Origin: Octopus vulgaris
Lineage: Eukaryota
Length of the DNA stretch: 64,000 nucleotides
Direction of reading: 5' to 3'
NCBI GenBank assembly: GCA_951406725.2
Contig: OX597822.1
Span: 97,712,001 to 97,776,000 of the forward strand
A model generated the notes under the pieces. It was not told the origin of the DNA and ran no database searches. It saw nothing but the letters and a program-made list of their open reading frames with translations. This document shows positions 10,880 to 23,540 of the stretch, one piece after another (within the stretch, counting starts at the first letter, position 1; each line of letters starts with the position of its first letter). A program made the position numbers and the translations under genes.

Positions 10880-12310
10880 GATATTGTCTCTGGCTGCCCA
10901 TTCCTGGCTAAGATGGAATATGTCCTCAGACATGACAGAGTTAGGACATTTATACACAGTAAGCTGTGCCAATACTATGGAATGTCAACAGAAAAAAAAA
11001 TGGTATTAGTATATCCCAGAAAAGGTCTCAGAAAATGACAAAGCAATCATATTCCGACATATGTCAATATACACATATAGAGAGAGATCACCAGATATTG
11101 TCATCAGAGACCCTCAGGAAAAATAATTACTTCTAATCAACATGTTAGTCCCAACAGTTGACAATGTTTCTCTAAAAGGAACAGAGAAACTCTCAAGGTA
11201 TAAAGATCTGGAAATAGAGATAACCTGAATGTGGAACCTGAAAACAGAAATAATATCTATAGTAATAGATGCATTAGGTATGATTAAAAAATATACTGAC
11301 AAATACATAATCAAAACACCAGGTCTTATGAATGTATAAAGCATACAAAAAGTGACACTGCTATGAATGGGCAGACACATATTGAGGTGCGGTGGAGCCA
11401 GAAGCCTCTGCATGGACAGTATGTACTTTGAAGCTGAAATGCTGATGTAGAATCAAACAACAACCCATCAGTGGCTGAGAAGGTTAGGCCTGAAAGCAGA
11501 GACTGAAGGTTTCATATTGATGGCACAAGACCAAAGCTTGCTTACCAAAAACTACCAGGCTAATGTTCTTCAAAACAGTTCTGACCCTAAATGCAGATTC
11601 TGCGGTAAATTTGACAAATCAATAGACCATCTCATCTCAAGATGTCCTTTGCTGACACCAAATGAATGCAAAAGTCATCACGATAGGGTAGGTTAGTATT
11701 TACATTGGAAAATATGTAAACCATACAAAATCAGCACTCCTACTTACTGGTATGAACATCATCTTGAACCAGTCGTTGAATGTCACTATCCTTTGGTATT
11801 TTCCAGTCAAGACTGACAGAACTTTCCAGGCTAATTGACCAGACATAGTCATTAAAGACTGAGAAAAAAATACTTGTTGACTAATAGATGTAAATGTTCC
11901 CACTGGTAAAAATATAGCTATAAAGGAATTTGACAAATTAAGTAAATATAAGGACCTGGAAATTGAAATACAGAAGATGTGGTATCTTAAAGTGAGAACT
12001 GTTCCTATTATTGTGGCTACCCTAGGTATGATAAAAAAAGGGATATCAGAAACATCTAGATAATACCCAAGGAGAATCACATCATAGAGAAATCCAAAAG
12101 ATTATGCTGACAAGTACTGCTCACATCCTTAGAAAACCCTATCAATTTAAATGTCTGTGTTGTATTACATGAAATTATTTCACTACTGCCCCTGCCTCTT
12201 TCCCTCCCCAAGCTTTCAGTCATACTGTAACATATTTTATCCTTCACTCATCACCCCAGGATGCTGGGTGTGCCTCAGCAAGTGATTGTAGCAAACACGA
12301 AGATTAAAAG
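10880..12310 (+). pseudogene. Two tandem 3' fragments of R4/Dong-type non-LTR retrotransposons (CCHC + RLE endonuclease)
   Basis: IVSGCPFLAKMEYVLRHDRV..IH..LCQYYG; PDIVI...KETEKLSRYKDLEIE; second fragment KPLHGQY...LKAETEGFI..AQDQSL...RPDIVIKD...KYKDLEIE. Ends in (TAA)n at 12311. Confidence 0.8.
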
Positions 12311-12312
12311 TA

Positions 12313-12413
<101 letters not shown>

Positions 12414-12445
12414 TAATAATAATAATGATAATAATAATAATAATA

Positions 12446-12486
<41 letters not shown>

Positions 12487-12511
12487 TAATAATAATGATA
12501 ATAATAATAAT

Positions 12512-12845
12512 GGGGAGCATCATAGCCATGTGTTGAGTGGGATTCTTTGGGATTTGGATAATTCACCTCTGGAAACATGGGTGTTTCGTTCAACATCCTT
12601 AAACAATCCTTATTCAGGGACCTTTTGAGCAGGATGGGCTACTCGACCTGAAGAAAATTCTAACTGGGCCCCACCTGCAAGGTCATGTGCTGTTTATCCT
12701 GATATGAGATCACTACGTCGCGCACATATGGTTGTGATGCATGTGCCTAGTGTACCCTTATCAGACGGGTAGTCATGATGGGTATACTGGGCTTCGTATA
12801 TTTTACCCCAGTGTCACTTTGATGGCATGCACTGCTCTCTCACTC
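12512..12845 (+). mobile_element. Non-coding (TAA)n-associated element family E, 5'-truncated
   Basis: Reverse complement of part of 58141-58668. Ends gcactgctctctcactc(AAT)n and is flanked by (AAT)n on both sides. Confidence 0.8.
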
Positions 12846-12883
<38 letters not shown>

Positions 12884-12906
12884 TAATAATAATAATAATA
12901 ATAATG

Positions 12907-13000
<94 letters not shown>

Positions 13001-13106
13001 GTAATAATAATAATAATAATAATAATGATAATAATAATAATAATAATAATAATGAATAATAATAATAATAATAATAATAATGATAATAATAATAATAATA
13101 ATAATA

Positions 13107-13202
<96 letters not shown>

Positions 13203-13220
13203 TAATAATAATAATGATAA
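12846..13220. repeat. (AAT)n microsatellite, ~375 bp
   Basis: Direct reading of the sequence. Confidence 0.95.
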
Positions 13221-13478
13221 TGTCTTGGTATAAAAGATGGGCCACAATAAATCTTCTGCTCAAAACCACAGATCTGCTTGTCAGTTTCTTGACCTTAAAC
13301 CAGTTGAGCATGTCCCTTAGTGGCTGATGATATGTGCATCTCTGATCATGAGCAGAAGTAGTGAGGGAGCATCATAGCCATGTGTTGAGAGGAACTCTTT
13401 GGGGTTGGATAATTCACCTCTGGAAACATGGGTGTTTTGATTGTCATCCGTAAACATTCCTTATTCAGGAATCTTTTG
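13221..13478 (+). mobile_element. Family E fragment
   Basis: gtcttggtataaaagatgggc...gagcatcatagccatgtgttgag...ccttattcagg; preceded by (AAT)n. Confidence 0.75.
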
Positions 13479-13854
13479 ATGGAAATGCAATCTTTCGGGA
13501 TGATAATGCACCAATTCACACAGCTAAAGTTGTTTCTGAATGGCACAAAGAACATTCTAGTGAAGTTGAGCATCTTATCTGGCCACCACAGTCCCCAGAT
13601 CTCAATATTATTGAACATTTATGGTGCGTTTTAGAAAAACAAGAGTTGATATCCTCCACTATCATCACTACAAGAACTGGAGACTGTTTTAGCAGAAGAA
13701 TGGAAAAAATTCCTTTGGAAACAATTCAAACTTTGTACGAGTCCATACCTTGTAGAATTCAAGCTGTAATTACCCACAAAGTTAGTCCTACCCTATAGCA
13801 AAATAAATTTGTTTGAAATTTTAATGTGTCCCCATTATTTTGTCCAACCCAGGT
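13479..13854 (+). pseudogene. Tc1 (DD34E) transposase C-terminal relic with right TIR
   Basis: Translation GNAIFRDDNAPIHTAKVVSEWHKEH...LIWPPQSPDLNIIEHLW. End sequence ttattttgtccaacccaggta. Confidence 0.85.
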
Positions 13855-14000
13855 ATGTATACATTGGTTTCAAATTTTGGCACAAAGCCAGCAGTCTCAG
13901 GGGTGGGGGCTGGTTACATTGATTCCAGTATTCAACTGGTACTTTTTTTATCGACCTTGAAAGGATGAAGGGCAAAGTTAGTCTTGGTGGAATTTGAACT

Positions 14001-14125
14001 AGTACTTATTCTATTGGTCTCTTTTTCTGAACCACTAGATCATGAGGACATAAACACACCAACATCGGTTGTCAAGTGGTGAAAGGAGAACAAACACAGA
14101 TATGAAAACACTCATACAGATATGC

Positions 14126-14158
<33 letters not shown>

Positions 14159-14592
14159 TGCATACGTATATATGACGGGCTTCTTTCAATTTCCATCTAC
14201 CAAATCCACTCACATAGTTTTGGTTAGCCTGAAGCTATAGTAGAAGACACTTGCTCAAGGTACCATGCAGTGGGACTGAACCCGGAACCACATGGTTGGG
14301 AAGCAAGCTTCTTACCACACTACCATACCAATGGATATATTAATTACAAGGAAGAAGGCAAACAAATGTACTCTCTTTACTCTTTTACTTGTTTCAGTCA
14401 TCTGACCGCGGCCATGCTGGAGCACCGCCTTTTAATCAAGCAACTCGACCCCAGGACTTATTCTTTTTGTAAGCCCAGTACTTATTCTATCGGTCTCTTT
14501 TGCTGAGCCGCTAAGTAACGAGGACATAAACACACCAGCATCGATTGTCAAGCAATGCTAGGGGGACAAACACAGACACACAAACACACACA

Positions 14593-14652
<60 letters not shown>

Positions 14653-14762
14653 TACGATTTGATTCTTTCAGTTTCCGTCTACCAAATCCACTCACATAAA
14701 CACACCAGCATCGATTGTCAAGCAATGCTAGGGGGACAAACACACACACACAAGCACACACA

Positions 14763-14806
<44 letters not shown>

Positions 14807-14978
14807 CATATATACGATTGATTCTTTCAGTTTCCGTCTACCAAATCCACTCACAAGGCTTTGGTCGGCCTGAGGCTATAGTTGAAGACACTTGCCCAAG
14901 GTGCCACGCAGTAGGACTGAACCCAGAACCATGTGGTTGGTAAACAAGCTACTTACCACACAGCCACTCCTGCGCCTA
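14001..14978 (-). mobile_element. Two family A SINE copies; the second has an internal ~165-bp duplication
   Basis: A degenerate copy at 14001-14330 and a copy at 14369-14978 in which cataaacacaccagcatcgattg...ccaaatccactca is repeated. Confidence 0.85.
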
Positions 14979-15130
14979 CATGGAAAAAGCTCAAATATTA
15001 ACCCAGATTTCTCTTATACTAAACTTCTGCTCTCATAGAAATCATCATTATAGTTATTGCTGTCATCGTCATCATTATCTATGTTGCTGCTATTGTCATT
15101 GTCTTTGTTGTGTCCTATTTAGTCCTATTT

Positions 15131-15547
15131 TGGATCTTTTCGGTTTGAACAGCAGTTTTTTCTAGCGGTGTCATATGAAATTGTCACCCATAATTATGAC
15201 CCTAGTATCGATCTATTGCATTTCAATCTGTTTTAGGGTTAGGGGTGGGGGTGGGAGGAAGGGTATCTTTTTTTCTTCACAAATGTAAATAAACCCAATC
15301 TGTTTCTTAAACGAGGGACATATTCATACGGCACAGAATGTTTTCACCTCAATAGACATCACTGATTGGTTGAAATTGCAGAAATTGAAGAAAAAAAAAC
15401 AAATATCTTACAAACTATAGAATTTTCTCAATAAGGCCAAGAGAAAAAGATGTTTTATAAACACATTCTTCTAGTATACGAAGTTTAAAAGTGTTTAGTT
15501 ACATGGAAATTATTTTTAAAAACTGCCGTTCAAACCGAAAAGATCCC
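15131..15547. mobile_element. MITE with ~29-bp GGGATC TIRs and apparent 6-bp TSD
   Basis: (t)ggatcttttcggtttgaacagcagtttt...aaaactgccgttcaaaccgaaaagatccc, flanked by ctattt/ttattt, with internal ttagggttaggg. An inverted copy lies at 35707. Confidence 0.85.
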
Positions 15548-15963
15548 TTATTTTTTTAATAATCTGAAATTTCATGTCTCTAAAAGACATTACTATGATT
15601 GGTTCACTTCTCTAGTTCAAACCACTTCACACACTTTCTCTGTTACCTCCACCTTTATCCAGTGCAAACAACAGCAACCACTCTTATTTACCTGACATTC
15701 CATAATCGTGTTAGAATCTCCAAACCCAAGAGTCAAATAATTTCATTATTATATAATTAATCATTGCTGAGGATTAATTAAAAGACATTAAAGGATTCTC
15801 TCTGAAATCCCAAACATTCTCAAAACATGAGATAAGATTGTGTGTTTAAGATTTAATACACACACATACACACACACACACACAGAGAAACACACACACA
15901 CACACACACACAGAGAAACACACACACACACAGAGAAACACACACACAGAGAAACACACACAC

Positions 15964-16003
<40 letters not shown>

Positions 16004-16194
16004 ATGCACTTGCACACACACACATGCACACATATGTAAGAGAATATGTGTATATGTCTATATAATGTTATACTCACATAATATTATACACATTCATAAA
16101 TATATATATTTATGTAATATTATATACATATGGCGGTGCCCCAGCATGGCCACTGCTCAAGAGCTGAAACTGAAAAACAACAACAACATATATA

Positions 16195-16745
16195 TGGGGT
16201 GCAGTGAATATATTGTCATCTAAATTATGCAAAAATGAAAGTAACACTGACATCTCATTTTAACAGATATATTTACCAAAATTAGATAAAAATATCTTGA
16301 AATACTAAAGAGTAAATTTATTCAATAAAATCACGATTGGTTTCAACCACAGCCTCTAGACAACTTTAGAATCTCTTGCAACTCTTCTGGATAGCCTCCT
16401 TGTTTAAGTTGGTGAATGCTGCCATAATCTTTGCGTTCAGTCCACCTTTGGTGTTACAAGGAGTTTTGTTGGTCTCTCACTCAACTGTGCCCCACACATA
16501 ATAATGAAGTGGGTTGTAATCTGTGGAGTTAGGTGGCCAGATGTTAGGGGTGATGTGGTCGCAGAAATTGTCTGACAGTCATGACTGGGTTCTCCTGATT
16601 GTGTAGCATGGTGAAGAGTCCTGTTGTCAGACATTGGATCTTCTAGCAGCCACCCCCTTGATACATGGCAGCACTACCCCCTCCAGGCACTTGATATAGG
16701 TCTCTGTGTTGAGTCAGAGACCATGTGGGAAGAGGAATGGAGGCA
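16195..16745 (-). pseudogene. Tc1/mariner superfamily transposase relic (DD37D/maT-like C-terminus)
   Basis: The minus strand reads QQDSS..H...PNIWPPNSTDYNP...YYVW..VERETNKTPCNTK, a WPPxSPDxNPxDYYVW-type motif. Confidence 0.65.
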
Positions 16746-17270
16746 CTGAGCTGAAACCGAGATCCTTGAGCAGAATATTGTCAATTCTCTCAAGGGATAT
16801 TCTAATTGCATTGGCTATTTGATTTATAGTAAATCATTTGTCATCCATCACCATGTGGTGAGCATGACCAATGTTTTCCTCAGTGGTGGCAGCTTCAGGA
16901 CTTCCAGACCTTGGGTCATCTTCAAGACCCTCCTTTCCCCTTCAAAATTCAGCTGCCCACTTTTGCCCCTGTGATAAAGTTGGAACATCATCCCCTAATG
17001 TAGAAGCCATGTCAGTATGAATGTCTTTAGGGGCTAAACCCCTTTTCTGCTGGTATTTGATAACACGATAATGTAAAAAATTTTGTCCATTTTCAAGAGA
17101 ACTTACTATTAGTTATTTTTGAATTTTATTTGAAAAGTCAGACATCAGTTTACCAGGAAAGAAACAATGTCAGTTGTTAATAAGAAGAGATAAAATTAAA
17201 GCATGCAAGATTTCACAGCTCTAGCATCACTCCTTCTCAGTTCAGTGAGCATATGAACTTTGCAGCCTGT
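16746..17270 (-). pseudogene. mariner (irritans/Hsmar2-like) transposase N-terminal relic
   Basis: Minus strand VIKY.QKKGLAPKDIH.DM..TLGDD...QKWAAEF...LEDDPRSG.P..ATTEENI...H.MVMDD. Confidence 0.75.
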
Positions 17271-17308
17271 GTGCATGCGAACTTGTGTGTGTGTGTGTGT
17301 GTGGATTG

Positions 17309-17530
17309 TTACTCTTTTACTCTTTTACTTGTTTCAGTCAGTTGACTGCAGCCATGCTGGAGCATCGCCTTTAGTCGAGCAACTCGACCCCGGGACTTAT
17401 TCTTTTGTAAGCCCAGTACTTATTCTATCGGTCTCTTTTGCCGAACCGCTAAGTGACGGGGACATAAACACACCAGCATCGGTTGTCAAGCAATGCTAGG
17501 GGGACAAACACAGACACACAAACATACACG

Positions 17531-17568
<38 letters not shown>

Positions 17569-17731
17569 CGACAGGCTTCTTTCAGTTTCCATCTACCAAA
17601 TCCACTCACAAGGCTTTGGTCGGCCCGGAGCTATAGTAGAAGACACTTGCCCAAGGTGCCACGCAGTGGGACTGAACCCGGAACCATGTGGTTGGTAAGC
17701 AAGCTACTTATCACACAGCCACTCCTGTGCC
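17309..17731 (-). mobile_element. tRNA SINE family A
   Basis: Full-length match to the other family A copies. Confidence 0.9.
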
Positions 17732-17787
17732 TGTTGGTGATTTTTTTCATCCATCTTCCTTTTCTCTTGGACTTCCCTCTATCCCCT

Positions 17788-17822
17788 GTTTCTGAAGAAG
17801 AGCATTGCTCGAAACATAAAAC
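17788..17822 (+). ncRNA. Degenerate minimal hammerhead motif (Penelope LTR-type)
   Basis: gttt CTGAAGA a gagc-att-gctc GAAAC ata aaac. The expected ACGT stem-III palindrome appears as ACAT. Confidence 0.45.
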
Positions 17823-17930
17823 CCCCTTTCTTTCCTTTCCTGACTAGGCTTAAAAAGGGCGACATTATATGTATACACAAACATACATACATACATGATA
17901 ATATATGTATATTTATGCATGCCTTTCCTC

Positions 17931-18415
17931 CCTTGGACACAAAGACCTGTTGAGGCAAGCGAAGTCGATATCGAACCTCATCCGATGACAGGCACCCATG
18001 CCAACCCCCTGCTTGCGAAGACATGTTGGGGCAAGTGAAATCGAAATCGAAATCGGAATCGAAATTGAACCAATCCTATGACTGGCACCCGGCAGATGCC
18101 AGGACCCCTGGACTGGTGGTACGTAAAAAGCACTATCCGAATCGTGGCCGATGCCAGTGCCGCCTCGACCGGCTTCCGTGCCGGTGGCATGTAAAATGCA
18201 CCAATCCAACCGTGGCCGTTGCCAGCCTCGCCTGGCACCTGTGAGGGTGGCACGTAAAAAGCACCCACTACACTCACGGAGTGGTTGGCGTTAGGAAGGG
18301 CATCCAGCTGTAGAAACATTGCCAGATAAGACTGGAGCCTGGTGCAGCCTTCTGGCTTCCCAGATCCCCGGTCGAACCGTCCAACCCATGCTAGCATGGA
18401 GAACGGACGTTAAAC

Positions 18416-18459
<44 letters not shown>
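17931..18459 (+). mobile_element. SINE-like family D, long copy
   Basis: Starts ggacacaaagacctgttgaggcaagcgaagtcgata, has (GAAATC)n and the internal palindromic units, and ends in a (GAT)n tail. Same 5' end as the copy ending at 25825. Confidence 0.85.
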
Positions 18460-18462
<3 letters not shown>

Positions 18463-19838
18463 ACAAATGCATATGCATACATATGTGTGCATGCATGCAT
18501 GCATGTGTGCATGTGTGTGTATTTTAAGAATACACACTGGTTCTGGAACTGCTTTATAAATAGCAGTATTTTTGTAAATTAAACTGATTGGTTCCAAAGG
18601 ACTTGTTATTGTCAAAGTTTTGACAAAGCTATCAATGTAAATATCTAAAACGTGAACTAAGAGAACTCTCAAGAGAAAGTTCACAGATGTCTTTTATATG
18701 TTTGAACTTTTGGTTGATAATTCTACTCTTGGTGCCAACATGTCGGTTCAAGTAGACCTTAGGACTGCAGATAATATCACAAAAGAATCAGCTTTTTTTT
18801 CTTCTTTAATTACACATTAGAATTTCTTTAGTTACACATTAGAATTTTAATCTTGATAACTAGCATATAAAAATAAAAAAAAACCCAGTTTTTGTTGTTT
18901 GTTTATTTAGTGTTCTTTCAATTGTTATTAAAATTTCTGACACATAGTGAACTGGGTTATAAAGGTCACCAATTTCATTGAGTCTATTTCAAAATTTATT
19001 GAATCTTCTTAAAAATCTGTACTTTTGTTTTCTCTATCACTAATTTTTTAATCTTGGAATTTTTCCAAGACTGGTAGCAATTTTGTACTTTTATTTTTTA
19101 CTTGTTCAATTAACAGGCAGTGCCATTTTGAAGCATGGGTGCACTGGGCAATTGCCTGGGAGCTCCACAGGATCTAGCAACCCAATGCAAATCTATGTAT
19201 ACTGTAGTTGTGTTTATAAGGGTTACTCAGAGCATTACTTTGTTTGGGGGCTTATTGTGCAGTTGAAGCAGCCCTGTTTGGAAGAAAGTTCAGTCACTAT
19301 GGCATTTGCAATCTCTCAGAAACTAATTAGAGAGAGATGTTTTTAATATTCCATTTAAACTATTGTAGGTCAACCCCTGCAAGGAAGACATGGGAAGGAA
19401 GATTGCATATTCCAAGGAAGGAGACTGAGTATAATAGTTATTGTGGGGTTAGGGGTGGATGCAACAAAGGTCATGAGAAGTAGAGAAATGAATGGATTTG
19501 GGGTTCCTGAGTGGTGGAGGTATATGACCAGTCAGTTCCAAGAAACAGAAGTCATGTTTTTTTTTTTGCCCAAACAACTACAGTGCAGCAATGAACAAAC
19601 TACTTGGAGAACTTGGGACATTGTGCTTTTGTTGTGTGTGGCATATGCAGTGACATGCCTAGAAAGGTGGTTTCACTCACCCACTTGGCTGTTTCTGATA
19701 GATTAGGAGTGGAGCACATGTGTTGCAAGGGATAAGTGGTACAAAACTGGTAGAACTTCAGTGAGTTGACTAACTTGAAGGGTCATAGGATTCAGTGGAA
19801 GGGAAGAGAGGGCTGTGTAGTATGTGATTATGTGTTAA

Positions 19839-20060
19839 CCCATTCGTTACCAACCCGCCTGAAACTGGCTCTGGCTCTGTAGTACAAATGTCTTGTTTTC
19901 ATAAGTTTTGAATTAAAATCTTCCACCAAACCTTTAGTCACAATTAATGTTCCTAACACTAGCTTAATGATAGCTAAGTTATTTTACTAAATTCTTAGTT
20001 ATATCTAAAATAACGGAGAGAGACACAGAGCATTTCAAAATAAATACGGTAACGAAAGGG
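19839..20060. mobile_element. piggyBac-type MITE (inverted copy of 8592-8811)
   Basis: TTAA-CCCATTCGTTAC...GTAACGAAAGGG-TTAA. Confidence 0.9.
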
Positions 20061-20499
20061 TTAATCTGTTACAATTAGGTAGTAGTAGGATAACCTTTAG
20101 GTGCTGAGATGTGTTTACAGGTGTCTGTGTGTCAGTCTGAAATGTCAGAAAGGGGACGAAACCAGGTGGTATGAAGAGCAGAAAATAGCAGATTTGGTTT
20201 CTGTATCAGCAGCATCAGTGAGGGATGAGTACGAGAGTCATAAGTAGTTGTGAGTGTTGAAGTCAGTGAAGACATTGACTACAAGGAAGGGAGAAGTAGG
20301 GCATAAGTTCTCAATGCAGGAGGAGATATGGCCAAAGTGATGCTAATGATTTGAGAATTTCATAGAGCAAAATAGGGAGCAGATATATTTAGGGGAATGA
20401 GGGAAGAAAACTTTGAATCAGAGTAACTGGGCGTCATTGCTGAGATTGAGGTGAGGAGGTATGAGATAGGAATTGTAGAGTCTATATATGGATACCACC

Positions 20500-21560
20500 T
20501 TTTGGAGTGAAGCTTGTGTGGGGAGTGCATCCTGGATAGTACTTTAAGAAAGTTTGGTGAAAGCAATGTTGTTGCTCTCGACATCAAAGCTTGTGATGGA
20601 TTACTAGTATATGAATCTTCTGTCAAAACTACCTACCTATGGGTTCTATACCTCACTCATCTCTTTAATCAGTGGTTTTCTGTCAGATCTTGTTATTGCA
20701 ATGTCTATTGATGCGGCTCTGTCTGATTTACATGCTATCAACTTTGTGTTTCCTAGGGTACAGCTTTGTCCTCCCACACACTTCCTTCTATACATCAATG
20801 ACCTATTTGCTGTCACCCCCAACAATGTTCACTCCAGTACAGATAGTACCACCTTCAATCTTCCCTAGTTTTTCACACACAACTGTCATCCAAATGCAAC
20901 CTGAACACCTCTCACCAAACCTGCACTGACTTCATAAATAAAAGCATCAAACATAATGGAGATCATGCTTGATTCATCTTCCTTCAACAGAAGACTCAAT
21001 ACGAATTTCAAGAAAACTTTACTGAATCCCACCTCATGATGAAGATGAGTTGTATCAACTAGAATCCTCACTATCATTGAGAATCACTCCTGGCAAATGC
21101 ATCACCTTAGCACAGCAAACAGTCTTTCTCAAAGAGATGCCCTCTTCAGAGTCAACAAGTGCTAATTCTACGAAACTCAGATGGGATCCAGAATTGAGTA
21201 CTGTTCTTATACATGGAAGGGCACAATTACTACACTCTCTGATATCCTACACCACATCTAGATGAAGGATACATGACTGCTTTGCATGAAATGACTCACA
21301 AACACCCTCCTACTTCTGGAACAATGAATGAACAGACTGCTATTGCTGTCTTTTTTACTGCAACCTAATGGCATCTCATTCTAGGACCATCTGGTTTCAT
21401 ACCATCTCTTCTCAGATACCCCCTTCACTCATACATCCCTCTTTTCTTCATCACCCATATTATGCCTAACCACTCATGATACTAAACTAATTACTACGTC
21501 CAGAACATGAGCCTCCTGGAATTCCATCCCTCCTTACATATGCCCTTCTTGCACTCATTG
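20500..21560 (+). pseudogene. Heavily decayed CR1/L2/Jockey-group reverse transcriptase fragment
   Basis: GESNVVALDIKA.D; LLSKLPTYGF...ISLISGFLSD; FLLYINDL; a later EYCS.TW-like motif. Confidence 0.65.
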
Positions 21561-21984
21561 ACGTATTTCAATTTGAGTCTATAGACTTAACTTCTGCCTC
21601 ATATAATGGTCTTTTTATTGCAGGATCCATTCAGCGGAATTTGGTTATGTTTCTGCATGAGTGTCTAACTTCAAGGAGTGGATTAGATTTATGAGATAAG
21701 ATAAGGCCTAATAAGAACAAAATGTCCTTGCCCTTCACATGCTTTTTCAGGCCAATGAGGTCGATGTTAATTAATTAAAAATAAATAAAAATCTCTGACC
21801 AAAGTTGCTCCAACCATTACCAATCCTTAGTTTAGATATTGTGTATCTAGCACTACGTTATCCAAAGTTACCATTTTTATGATTCGCAGACATTGCTGTT
21901 TGTTTAAGAAGTTCACTTCCAAGCCATGTGTTTGTTTTGGTTCAGTCCCATTGTATGGCACCTTGAGTAAACGTCTTCTCTTTT

Positions 21985-22092
21985 TCTCTTATTCTATCGG
22001 TCTCTTTTGCCGAACCACTAAGTGACAGGGACATAAACACACCAGCATCGGTTGTCAAGCAATGCTAGGGGGACAGACACAGACACACAAAC

Positions 22093-22137
<45 letters not shown>

Positions 22138-22300
22138 CGACAGGCTTCTTTCAGTTTCCGTCTACCAAATCCACTCACAAGGCATTGGTTGGCCCGGGGC
22201 TATAGCAGAAGACACTTGCCCAAGGTGCCACACAGTGGGACTGAACCCGGAACCATGTGGTTGGTTAGTAAGCTACTTACCACACAGCCACTCCTGCGCC
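21985..22300 (-). mobile_element. tRNA SINE family A (3'-truncated)
   Basis: Match to the family A head and body. Confidence 0.85.
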
Positions 22301-22704
22301 TTTATTTTAGTTTCTAAAGTCTTTTGCATGGATTTGGTAGAAGAAAACAGAAAGAAAGCAAAAATACATCTTTTACTTGTTTCAGTCATTAAACTGTGGC
22401 CATACTGGGGCACCACCTCAAAGAATTATTGAGACTGATAGAATAAGTACTAGGTTTACAAAATATAAGTCCTGGGGTTGATTTCTTCAGCTAAAAAACC
22501 TTTAAGGTGGAACTCCAGCATGGCAGCAGTCAAATGACTGAAACAAGCAAAAAAGTAAAAGAATAAAACAATAAAAGAATTTTCTTAGCAGACCAAGTGA
22601 CTACATAGATGCCTCCCCACTATCAGAACAGATACATCAATTGAGAATTGTATAGTATCAACTGTATCAAATACAATCATGCACACCTCTTTATAGTCAA
22701 CTAT

Positions 22705-23540
22705 AATAATAATAATGAAATTATTGTATACAGTGCTCAGGTGCACCACAACTTGTCAGAAAGTGCATATAAAGTACATGCAGTAATGTAGAAATGTCTG
22801 GAAAGCGAACAGTGTATGAGTCATATACATGCTTGTGTGTGTATGGAGGGGAGAAAATCAGGTGTAGTGTTGGCGAATCTCAGGAAGCATGGAAGTTTTG
22901 AAGGATGCAGTGCTCTGACAACTAACAACTGATGCCGGCAGTTTGTTCCATACTTCAGCAACTCTTAGCGTGAAAAAATGTTTCCGAAAGTCATGGGAGC
23001 TGTGCTGTTTTCTGACTTTGTAAACATGTCCACGGGTGTTAGATGGGTGGAGTTTGAAAAGGTGCTCAGAGTTATTGTTTGTAAGATGGTTAATAATTTT
23101 ATGGGTGTCTGCCAAGTCAATTGCCAGATGTCGGAGTTTCAATGTATCCATGCCCAGGGAAGTAAGGTGTTCAGAATATGCCTTACTGGCTAACAATCTC
23201 AGGAAGCATGGAAGTTTTGAAGGATGCAGTGCTCCGACAACTAACAACTGATGCTGGCAGTTTGTTCCATACTTCAGCAACTCTTTGTGTAAAAAAATGT
23301 TTCCGAAAGTCATGGGAGCTGTGCTGTTTTCTGTTTTCTGTAAACATATCCACAGGTGTTAGACAGGTAGAGTTTGAAAAAGTGCTCAGAGTTATTGTTA
23401 GTAAGATGGTTAACAAGTCAACCACCAGACGTTGGAGATTCAATGTATCCATGCCCAGGGAAGTAAGGCATCCAGAATATGGCAAATGCCTGATGGAGGG
23501 TATTCTCTTGGTTGCACATCGCTGAACGGCTTCCAGACGA
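22705..23540 (-). pseudogene. 3' fragment of a CR1-group LINE (related to 52127-55235) with a ~320-bp tandem duplication
   Basis: SNTRGHVYKVRKQHSSHDFRKHFFTLRVAEVWNKLP occurs twice. 3' tail gtgcacctgagcactgtatacaat(aat/att)n. Confidence 0.9.

Noticed and set aside
18540-18830. Possible host exon
   Set aside because: No convincing splice-site pair or recognisable peptide.
19115-19277. Possible hAT MITE (cag...gccctg ends; similar end at ~57632)
   Set aside because: TIRs are too degenerate and no TSD could be confirmed.
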